Positions 6,627 through 14,015 of a stretch of DNA of 43,333 nt are shown here, piece after piece. Every line of letters begins with the position of its first letter. The first letter of the stretch is position 1. The notes beneath the pieces are model-generated. The model saw nothing but the letters and a program-made list of their open reading frames with translations, was not told where the DNA came from and did no database searches. The translations under genes and the position numbers were made by a program. Source of the stretch: a virus; the IMG/VR virus record IMGVR_UViG_3300022837_000002; one strand, given 5' to 3'.

Positions 6627-7059
6627 ATCTATTATCAAAAGCTCTTTCACAAGTAGAATACAAATTCAATACTTCTTCTTCAAGACGCTCATTCACTAAA
6701 ACAATATGGTGACTATCAACAGAAGCTACGTTGAAAGTTGTTCTACCAATTTGTAATAAAGTATCACTTAAGACTCTTCTTAAGATACCCGTTTCTGTTA
6801 ATATGACTGAGAAGTCTCTCATATCAAAACATGGCCCATCATAAACCAAAGCTTGATAAGAAAATTCAAGCTCAAAAAATGTGTACTCATAAACAGGACT
6901 GTATTCTCTTCTATGTAAGCTTTCTTGAAATCCACCGCTCGAATACCAATTTTTGGTAAATAAAATATCAGCTACGGTTAACGGCATTGGCTGATCATTT
7001 GATGTACTGCAAGAACTAACCAACAATATCAAAGAAATGAGAAGTAGTAGTTTTTTCAT
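6625..7059 (-). CDS. predicted lipoprotein (moron next to attP/int)
   Basis: N-terminus MKKLLLLISLILLVSSCSTS is a signal peptide with lipobox V-S-S-C. Opposite orientation to its neighbours, with its own terminator. Confidence 0.7.
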   Translation of the reverse strand: MKKLLLLISLILLVSSCSTSNDQPMPLTVADILFTKNWYSSGGFQESLHRREYSPVYEYTFFELEFSYQALVYDGPCFDMRDFSVILTETGILRRVLSDTLLQIGRTTFNVASVDSHHIVLVNERLEEEVLNLYSTCERAFDNR

Positions 7060-7110
7060 TTTTCCCTTAGTCTAAACGTGTTTTTATTACTATATGTAGT
7101 TGAATTATAA

Positions 7111-7353
7111 GTACCCCTTAAGTACCCATGTACCCCTTAAGTACCCCATTTAACGATTATAACGCAATTCTTTAACAACAAGGTGTTAGTTATTTTTTTA
7201 ATAAAGTCTAAAAAATGATGGTAGAGCCTATTTTTAGGCTAAATTACAGAATAATAGGAAAATACTGTTTGTTTGTATTTCTTAAGTCTAACGTATTGCA
7301 ATGCAATACTTTGTAAGTTTTATAAATAATACAAGTACCCCAATAGTACCCCC
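7111..7353 (+). repeat. attP-like field. Six same-orientation GTACCC(C) repeats in two clusters flank about 190 bp that contain the palindrome gtattgca-a-tgcaatac (7293-7309).
   Basis: Repeat starts at 7111, 7122, 7130 and 7141, then 7335 and 7346. The field abuts the 3' end of the integrase gene. Confidence 0.55.
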
Positions 7354-7363
7354 GATGTTGTTT

Positions 7364-8521
7364 TTACCCAATTCTGCTGACAACATCTTGTAATCTTGTT
7401 GCCAACACTTTGGCGTAAACTTCTGTTTGAGCTATGGATTCATGACCCATAAATTCAGATAATTCTTTTAACGGCATACCCGCATTAACCCAATGCGTAG
7501 CGCCCCCATGTCTAAGCACATGAAGACCCATTCTACCGCTCATTATTGATAAATCTGTAAGAGCTTCTTTTAATTTGTCGTGAAGTCTAGCATACTTTAA
7601 TGAATTATTTAATACACCCGTATGTGAATATTTTAAAAGAAGCTCAAGGGCAGGCTTTGCACTTTTTGAAATGGGAACAACTCGTACTTTCATGCCTTTG
7701 CCATAGAGTTTAATGGTATTTGATGTAAAATCAATATGAGACGCTTTAAGTCTTTTAAATTCAATATATCTCATACACTGAAAGAACATAAGCTCGTATA
7801 TAGCGTTTAAAATAGACCCGTAGGTCTCTCTATTGTACGGCAAGCTGTCCACGTAATAAAAATAAGTAGGTTCGGCCAGTCTCTTGTTTATGTAGCTAAA
7901 AACTTGTTGCAGTTGAGAGTATGTTAAATATTTGATTAAGCGTGTCTGATTTTCGCTATAACGCTTATTCATTTTATAATTTGGCTTAATCAACAACTGC
8001 AATTTATGTGCTGTTCTGTGTTCTATATAAGCTAAAAAACGGCTAATAAGAGATTTATACGCCGCGCAATAGCTCCTACTTTTACCAGTAGTGTAGTCTT
8101 CTAAAAGAGTGGTCCATAAATTATCATCTGTCGCTCTAGCGCTAAACTCTGATAAATTATTGTCTCTAACAAAAGCTTTTAATTTGTTTGAGTAACCTAA
8201 ATAGGTTAATTGCATTACTTGATCTCGCATTTCTGCTAAATAATCATTTAGCAAACTTATAATAGTTAAACCATCTTCATGCTTAACATACTCAGCGCCT
8301 TTAGAACCCGGATTGTCTGCAAAATCTCTCCAGGACTGTTTGGTGAGCTTCCAGGCTCCGCTATCGTAAGCTTTATTCATATCATGCTCTAGTTGTAATA
8401 GCGCACGTTTACTATATAAATTAACCTCAACGCTATGCTTTCTTTGGCGCCCCATGCGCTTAAACTTAATTTCGTAGCGATTACCGTTTTTTTTAAACAG
8501 AGCCATCCTTATCACCATCAA
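7364..8521 (-). CDS. int: tyrosine recombinase / phage integrase
   Basis: C-terminal catalytic pattern HVLRHGGATHW...GHESIAQTEVYAKV (HxxR...H...Y). The start may instead be at 8518 or 8506. Confidence 0.9.
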   Translation of the reverse strand: MMVIRMALFKKNGNRYEIKFKRMGRQRKHSVEVNLYSKRALLQLEHDMNKAYDSGAWKLTKQSWRDFADNPGSKGAEYVKHEDGLTIISLLNDYLAEMRDQVMQLTYLGYSNKLKAFVRDNNLSEFSARATDDNLWTTLLEDYTTGKSRSYCAAYKSLISRFLAYIEHRTAHKLQLLIKPNYKMNKRYSENQTRLIKYLTYSQLQQVFSYINKRLAEPTYFYYVDSLPYNRETYGSILNAIYELMFFQCMRYIEFKRLKASHIDFTSNTIKLYGKGMKVRVVPISKSAKPALELLLKYSHTGVLNNSLKYARLHDKLKEALTDLSIMSGRMGLHVLRHGGATHWVNAGMPLKELSEFMGHESIAQTEVYAKVLATRLQDVVSRIG

Positions 8522-8801
8522 TTTTTTTTAGCTTTGGTCTAGCTAGACCGTGAAGCAATTCGTTTAAGTTTATAAATCTATATTCAGGTCGATTCAAAAC
8601 CAATATTATTCTATTCCATCCTGTAGCAGTTATTTGATTACGAAGCTTATACATGGTTATCTGATTGCGATTTTCAAAACCCAAAACATCCGCAAGCTCT
8701 ACATCCCGATCTATACCAAATATTGACCTAAGTCGTCTAAGAAGTTCATGCACATCAACTTCAAAATCATCAAAAAACTCATTTTGAGCCTTGTTTTTCA
8801 T
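8493..8801 (-). CDS. XRE/Cro-CI-type HTH regulator (candidate lysogeny repressor)
   Basis: HTH-like ELADVLGFENRNQITMYKLRNQITATGW. First gene of the leftward unit, which diverges from the early rightward genes and overlaps int. Confidence 0.5.
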   Translation of the reverse strand: MKNKAQNEFFDDFEVDVHELLRRLRSIFGIDRDVELADVLGFENRNQITMYKLRNQITATGWNRIILVLNRPEYRFINLNELLHGLARPKLKKIDGDKDGSV

Positions 8802-8990
8802 TAGCCGTCCTAAAGATTTGTTTATTTATTGTTGTTTTTAACAACACATAATATAAAGTAAAAAACAAATCTTTACCATCAAAACAGCATAAAACAATTT
8901 TTCGCTAAAGAAAAAAACTACTTAGTGTTGTTATTTCTATTTAATGTCTTTACATTAGATTTTTGAAAATATCAATACATCCCTAAATAA
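8802..8990. promoter_or_regulatory. Divergent switch region with nested inverted repeats and motif copy aaaactac ttag tgttgtt (8914-8932)
   Basis: aaagatttgttt 8812-8823 pairs with aaacaaatcttt 8863-8874 (12 of 12). An inner hairpin gttgtt-ttt-aacaac lies at 8831-8845. Confidence 0.5.
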
Positions 8991-9374
8991 ATGTCTCTAT
9001 CCAAATTAATGAAGCAAAGTACGGGCAATAATGCTCGCTTTGTTAAAATGTTCGGAAAAGCCAAGCTAATCCGTTTCATAGCACGTAAATCATTAGCTCA
9101 ATTCAAGCTTCATTTACCATTTGTTGAAAACCCGTATCAATGGCTTAGCAACCGAATTGATATAAAAAAATTCATACAAAAATATGAAGCAGAATTTTCT
9201 GAATTACCTTTGCAGGAGTTTAAAAAAAACGAACTACTTAGCTTACTGGATGCCTTTTTGCATTGTGCCGTTGATGAAATGATAGAGGCAGCACTTGATG
9301 GTAAACCTGAACTAGGTTTAAAAAAAAAGGAGGGCGACCAAGCCCTCCTAACACCAAACCAAAAACAGAGCTAA
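8991..9374 (+). CDS. hypothetical protein (127 aa), first rightward early gene
   Basis: ORF only. No motif recognised. Confidence 0.5.
   Translation: MSLSKLMKQSTGNNARFVKMFGKAKLIRFIARKSLAQFKLHLPFVENPYQWLSNRIDIKKFIQKYEAEFSELPLQEFKKNELLSLLDAFLHCAVDEMIEAALDGKPELGLKKKEGDQALLTPNQKQS
9320..9349 (-). terminator. Textbook intrinsic terminator on the minus strand, antisense inside the 3' end of CDS 8991..9374
   Basis: Stem aggagggc 9328-9335 pairs with gccctcct 9342-9349 (8 of 8, GC-rich) with a 6-nt loop. The minus strand then reads 8 Ts, the complement of 9320-9327. Confidence 0.55.
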
Positions 9375-9405
9375 CTACTATTGGTTAGCTCACAATATAA
9401 GAAAA

Positions 9406-9801
9406 ATGGAATCAGAACTTCTACAACGAATTGAAACGAAGCTGGATAAGCTCCTAGAAATCACAAAAGCGAACGAGCTTACCGATAAAACACCGCTTTT
9501 CAGTAATTACTTGAAGGCTATTGGAACAACTAAAGAGCAAGTGAATCACCCCGAAGCAAAGGGTATGCCTAATATGATGACTTTAAGCCTAGCGGCTGAG
9601 TTTCTTTATGAGCGGCACGGCAAAATAATGAGCAGCGCCAAGTGGATGGCAAAAATTCGTTACGCTACAAGAACGGGTAAAATTGTAAGCTACAATGAAG
9701 AAGGGCAAGTAAAAAAAGACAAGAGGGGAACAAGATCGCTCTTAAAAACATCAGACATTTTGAAATGGCTTAAAAAAAGCCTGCCTGAAATCAACGCTTG
9801 A
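9406..9801 (+). CDS. hypothetical protein, possibly an excisionase/AlpA-like (HTH_17-type) DNA-binding protein
   Basis: Pattern MTLSLAAEFLYERHG...IVSYNEEG...LLKTSDILKWLKK resembles MerR-superfamily excisionase helices. Confidence 0.35.
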   Translation: MESELLQRIETKLDKLLEITKANELTDKTPLFSNYLKAIGTTKEQVNHPEAKGMPNMMTLSLAAEFLYERHGKIMSSAKWMAKIRYATRTGKIVSYNEEGQVKKDKRGTRSLLKTSDILKWLKKSLPEINA

Positions 9802-10751
9802 TGCAAAATCTAATAAATTTAGAAGGCCACCAAGCCCCACAATATTTAGCCAAAGAATACATCCAGGCTTACAAACGCAATGCAAAGCTGTATAGGATGG
9901 ATAGTTCTGGTATGCGCTTTTATTATCGCTTTGATAGAAATAATGAAGTGAGATTTTACGGCTCCGTAACAAGTGTAAAAAAACAAGTTACTGGCCTACC
10001 GAGAGCGATTATAGATAAAGAGATCGAAATGGGTAAGATTGCTTTTAACAAGTTCTTAAATGAGCGCTCTAAGCATGGTACATTTTTTCATACTCTAGCT
10101 GCTGAATTAACGATAACAGATCGCTTTGATTTAAAAAAGCTACCAACACTCTATAGAGATTTTATAACCTTAAATGGGCTATCAGAAGCTCAAACAAGTT
10201 ATTGGCCAAACGCTATTGCCAAAGGTTTGCAATCATGGGTTCAGTGTATGCAAGATTATGACATTCAGCCGATAGGCATAGAAGTTCCTTGCTACTCAGA
10301 CAGATTCGGTATTGCAGGCACTATTGACGTCGTTTGCAGTATGTACGATAAACTTTACAGTGAAGCAACACCGCTAGATAAGCGAAAAAGGGTTATTGCC
10401 ATTATAGACTGGAAGTCTGGTAATATCTTTGAAGATTACGCTTTGCAGTTAGAGTTAAATAAAATCACATGGGCTGAAAGCGTTTCATTCGCACCACAAC
10501 CCACGAAACTATTAAACTGGACCTGGAATGATTGGAGAGATAAACCCACATACAATTTAGTGAATCAAACAGAAAACGATTACACCAATGTACTAGGGCA
10601 TTATTTGGCTATTTATCGTGAGACAGGCACACTAAAGCCAAAATCTTTGAAGAAATACAGCGGTATTCTTCATAAAAAAGCAGACATGAGCAAATTCATG
10701 CAAATTACATCAGCCGAACAATTCATCAAACAACAACACCAAACCAAATAA
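9801..10751 (+). CDS. PD-(D/E)XK (RecB/Cas4-like) nuclease
   Basis: Motifs GIAGTIDVV ... IAIIDWKSG ... YALQLELN follow the D...DxK...QxxxY-like order. The ATG at 9801 overlaps the upstream stop (TGATG). The track starts at TTG 9798. Confidence 0.6.
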   Translation: MQNLINLEGHQAPQYLAKEYIQAYKRNAKLYRMDSSGMRFYYRFDRNNEVRFYGSVTSVKKQVTGLPRAIIDKEIEMGKIAFNKFLNERSKHGTFFHTLAAELTITDRFDLKKLPTLYRDFITLNGLSEAQTSYWPNAIAKGLQSWVQCMQDYDIQPIGIEVPCYSDRFGIAGTIDVVCSMYDKLYSEATPLDKRKRVIAIIDWKSGNIFEDYALQLELNKITWAESVSFAPQPTKLLNWTWNDWRDKPTYNLVNQTENDYTNVLGHYLAIYRETGTLKPKSLKKYSGILHKKADMSKFMQITSAEQFIKQQHQTK

Positions 10752-10755
10752 GATC

Positions 10756-11853
10756 ATGAAAGAAACAACAGAAGAAACAACACTCCAAAAAGTTGAAGAA
10801 AACTTAGTAGACGCTGAAAATATAGAGGTACTTCCTTCTATTGAAGAAGCGTTAGCCATAATTAAAGAACCTATCACAGACAAAGTTAAAACAGCGATAG
10901 CACAAGCGCTCAAAACTGAGCTTGTAGAGCTGCAAACAGTCGCGGGGTACAACAAGGCTGACAAAACAGTTAAGAGCTTAGTAAAGCTACTTTCGGGGAT
11001 GGAAAAAGAGCGAAAAAGATTAGTTGATCCTGCTGTCAAGTATCAACGAAGTATCAACGCCGAAGTTAAAACAATCAAAGAACAGTTAGAAAATGCTAGA
11101 GATCATTTAAAAAGCCATTTAAAGCTTATTGATGATGAAAAAGCACGAATTGAACTAGAATTAAAAAAAGAACGCGTATCGTTACTAACAAGTGCGGGAT
11201 TTTCATTCGATGGCTTTCATTATGCAGCAGGCGAAACTATGCTTTCAGCCGAGACCATTACTTCACTTACAGAAGAAGAGTTTAAAGCTGAATATGAGAA
11301 TGGTAAAGTCTTCATTGCAGATTTAGAAGCTAAAAAACAAGCTGAAATAGATGAACGCTTAGCTGAACAAGAAAAACTAGATAAGCAAAAAGCTGAATTA
11401 GATGCTCAATTAGCAAGTTTAGAAAAAGACAAAGAAGAATTAAGGCAATTAAGAGCAGAAAAAGAAAATAGGCTAAAAAAAGAAGGTCCAGGTTTAGAAT
11501 CAATTTCAAGTGGAGTAGATTTATCGAATGACTTTCCTAGCAGCAATGAGCCTATATTCAAACAACCAGTGCCAAGTCAAAATATCGAGCAAGCTAATCA
11601 ATCTGTCATAACTCAAGCTGGTAACTTAAAACCGATGTATGAGCCAGAGACAGAGACAGAGCAATACCCAGATGTAACAGAAGATCAAAATATTAATGAT
11701 GTGAGCGAAATCGAGGATCATTTTCAACAAGGTTTCATTAATTGCAAACAATTAATACTTAAAGAATTTAATTCAGGTATTAAAAAGAACCGCACAGAGT
11801 GGGTAATTTTCATTAGCCATCTTAAACCATCAGTGGCATTTAAAAATGGGTAA
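10756..11853 (+). CDS. coiled-coil protein of unknown function (365 aa)
   Basis: Long K/E-rich heptad-like stretches with an acidic C-terminal half. Lies in the recombination module. Confidence 0.5.
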   Translation: MKETTEETTLQKVEENLVDAENIEVLPSIEEALAIIKEPITDKVKTAIAQALKTELVELQTVAGYNKADKTVKSLVKLLSGMEKERKRLVDPAVKYQRSINAEVKTIKEQLENARDHLKSHLKLIDDEKARIELELKKERVSLLTSAGFSFDGFHYAAGETMLSAETITSLTEEEFKAEYENGKVFIADLEAKKQAEIDERLAEQEKLDKQKAELDAQLASLEKDKEELRQLRAEKENRLKKEGPGLESISSGVDLSNDFPSSNEPIFKQPVPSQNIEQANQSVITQAGNLKPMYEPETETEQYPDVTEDQNINDVSEIEDHFQQGFINCKQLILKEFNSGIKKNRTEWVIFISHLKPSVAFKNG

Positions 11854-12085
11854 TAAAAAAAAGAGTAATCAAAAAGAAGAGCTACTAGCTTATTTGAAAG
11901 AAAACAAAAGTATAACCTACTTTGAAAGTTTTTCTGAGATTGGTATTGCCCGTCTTGCCGCTAGAATTTCGGACTTAAGAGCCGAAGGGCATAACATAGA
12001 AACAATAATGAAAAAAGTTATTTCAAGCCAAACAGGACGTGAACATACTGTAGCTGTTTACTACTACAATGAGGCTAAAGAGTAA
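11846..12085 (+). CDS. small winged-helix/HTH DNA-binding protein
   Basis: GIARLAARISDLRAEGHNIET resembles the RLxxRIxDLRxxGxxI pattern of phage HTH proteins. Confidence 0.4.
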   Translation: MGNKKKSNQKEELLAYLKENKSITYFESFSEIGIARLAARISDLRAEGHNIETIMKKVISSQTGREHTVAVYYYNEAKE

Positions 12086-12512
12086 ACTAACAAGCTTAGC
12101 AAGCTTAAATAGTATGCTTGCTAAGTTTTCTAAAGAAGTGTTCGAACAATTCCCCGAAAAGGGAGATATAATAATTGAAGTTCACCGCGTACCCGCTGAC
12201 GTTACCAACGAAAAAGCTAGAAGATATTACTGGCTACTTTGTAGACTTATAAGAGATTTTCTAGTAGAATCCGGCTATAACAACTTTAGCGTTAATGATG
12301 TTCATGAGCTGAATAAAGATAAACACATGAGCGCTGAGTTCATTGATTATCTGACTATGCAAACCTACAACCAAGCCTCTAGCTCAACACTAGTAGAAGC
12401 TCACGAATGGGCGCCCATTTTTGAAGCAATAAAACTAGAGTGGGCACAAAGGGGCTTAAGCCTTCCCGATAGATATGATAGACAAGAAAAAGGTACTCCA
12501 AACTCTGCATAA
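12069..12512 (+). CDS. hypothetical protein, weakly NinB/Orf-like by size and context
   Basis: 147 aa. ARRYYWLLCRLIRDF is reminiscent of the NinB core. This call is weak. Confidence 0.3.
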   Translation: MRLKSKLTSLASLNSMLAKFSKEVFEQFPEKGDIIIEVHRVPADVTNEKARRYYWLLCRLIRDFLVESGYNNFSVNDVHELNKDKHMSAEFIDYLTMQTYNQASSSTLVEAHEWAPIFEAIKLEWAQRGLSLPDRYDRQEKGTPNSA

Positions 12513-12951
12513 TGAAGCAACCAAAAAAGAGTTACAAACATTTGAAACAGGCTTTTTAATAGAAATAGCAATACATCTGGATAGTCAAGACTACGAAAAA
12601 GCCGCACAGGCTGTATTGTTTATGCGAACCAACTACAGCTTATTATTTCAGTTATCAACCAATTCTACAGATGCTGAAATTGAACAGATGAAACAAAACC
12701 TTCAACAATCAAACGATGATCTAAAAGAAGAAAAACTATCTACTGTACCTAGCATTACCACCAAAATCAAAGCACTTACCTCCTATAAAGCCAACGATAA
12801 AACCGAACAAGATGTACTAAATTTTTGGCGTAATACAAACGCTGAATATGCTGAATACAACTTTACGGGGCTTAGCTCACATTTTTTAATGATGGTTTAT
12901 ATGGCAGGAATGGGCTTTGGTAAAGAACTTCAAAAACACCAAGCCAAATGA
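12475..12951 (+). CDS. hypothetical protein (158 aa)
   Basis: ORF overlapping both neighbours in operon fashion. Confidence 0.5.
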   Translation: MIDKKKVLQTLHNEATKKELQTFETGFLIEIAIHLDSQDYEKAAQAVLFMRTNYSLLFQLSTNSTDAEIEQMKQNLQQSNDDLKEEKLSTVPSITTKIKALTSYKANDKTEQDVLNFWRNTNAEYAEYNFTGLSSHFLMMVYMAGMGFGKELQKHQAK

Positions 12952-14015
12952 AACGACCAACACACTACCAAATTGTAGAACGATCTATCTACTTAGCTGA
13001 TGGAATGGCTCCAAAATGTGCATTAAAAGCAATTTGTGCTATTATTGAGTTTTTGGGCGCCAACTGTGGAAAACTACCATACCAGCGAGCGCTTGCAAGA
13101 TCACAAAATATTCATCTTCGCACCTTACAAAGAGGGTTAGATTGGCTTGTAAATAATGGTCAATTAGCTATCAAAAATAGCCGTTATATAGTGCCTTGTA
13201 TGATCACTATTCCCGCCGAAATGATGACCGAAACCATCATTAAAAGTGACGCACTAGTGACGCACAAACGACGCACTAATGACGCACTAGTGACGCACAA
13301 ACGACGCACTAGTGACGCACTAGTGACGCACTTGCAGAATGGCTATACCTTATATACTAAGAATATTAAAAACTATATAAAAAAAGCTACGTTTCACTTC
13401 GCTTTGGAAGGTTCAGCTGACGCCGAACTAACACACACTAATGCGGCCTTCGGCCTTGCTGAAAACAAGTTGAGTTTGGCCGTAGGAATGAGCCTAGACG
13501 AAGAACCGATTTATGCAGAGAATCAGGTTCTAGCTTCTAGCCAAAATTCTGAGCCAAGCAAAGCGCCCATTAACAGCCTTAAGTTTTCTAGTGTTGAACG
13601 TAACCCTAATCCACCGCTTAAAGCGTCTTCTAAACCCTCTCAAATTTCACGTTTAAGCGACGATAATTTGATAAACGATAAGATACAAGCCTCACCCCCT
13701 TCCGAGCCAGTCAGCGAAGAGCCAGCTAGCAAAAAACAACAATACGTAGCGAAACCAAAGGACGTAGAAATGGTTACAGCTTACGTTTTAGATTTCTTGA
13801 CCAAACAAATCAAATCTAAAAATGTTAGGCATAATCGTTACAAAGCGTCAAATAAAAGTGATTTAAGCGCTATATCAGAAGATTTCTTCGATTACTACGA
13901 ATCATGCGGCTGGCGGGTTGGTTCAAAACCCATGAAAAATTGGCGATCTGCTATGAATCGCTGGTTAATAACTACCAAAGACACAAATCCAATTTCCTCC
14001 AAAAATGCTAATTGA
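12948..14015 (+). CDS. replication initiator (lambda O-like organisation: N-terminal winged helix, internal iterons, disordered linker, C-terminal domain)
   Basis: HTH-like SQNIHLRTLQRGLDWLVNNGQL. Iterons lie inside the gene. A P/S-rich linker follows. The gene overlaps the helicase gene start. Confidence 0.65.
   Translation: MKRPTHYQIVERSIYLADGMAPKCALKAICAIIEFLGANCGKLPYQRALARSQNIHLRTLQRGLDWLVNNGQLAIKNSRYIVPCMITIPAEMMTETIIKSDALVTHKRRTNDALVTHKRRTSDALVTHLQNGYTLYTKNIKNYIKKATFHFALEGSADAELTHTNAAFGLAENKLSLAVGMSLDEEPIYAENQVLASSQNSEPSKAPINSLKFSSVERNPNPPLKASSKPSQISRLSDDNLINDKIQASPPSEPVSEEPASKKQQYVAKPKDVEMVTAYVLDFLTKQIKSKNVRHNRYKASNKSDLSAISEDFFDYYESCGWRVGSKPMKNWRSAMNRWLITTKDTNPISSKNAN
13248..13331 (+). 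repeat. Origin iterons: 8 copies of GACGCAC at exact 11-bp phasing
   Basis: Copies start at 13248, 13259, 13270, 13281, 13292, 13303, 13314 and 13325. They translate as DALVTHKRRT repeats. Confidence 0.8.
13349..13386. other. AT-rich tract adjacent to the iterons (candidate DNA unwinding element)
   Basis: The tract is cttatatactaagaatattaaaaactatataaaaaaag, with about 5 G/C in 38 nt. Confidence 0.5.

Noticed and set aside
8535-8548. The perfect palindrome ggtctagctagacc inside the HTH gene as a terminator or operator
   Set aside because: It has no loop and no flanking T-run in the transcribed direction, and it lies within coding sequence. It is probably coincidental or a restriction-site-like palindrome.
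13248-13331. The 11-bp periodic repeat array as a CRISPR array or a simple satellite
   Set aside because: The units are 7-nt cores with 4-nt spacers, with no unique spacers of CRISPR length. They lie in-frame inside an initiator-like gene next to an AT-rich tract, which fits origin iterons.
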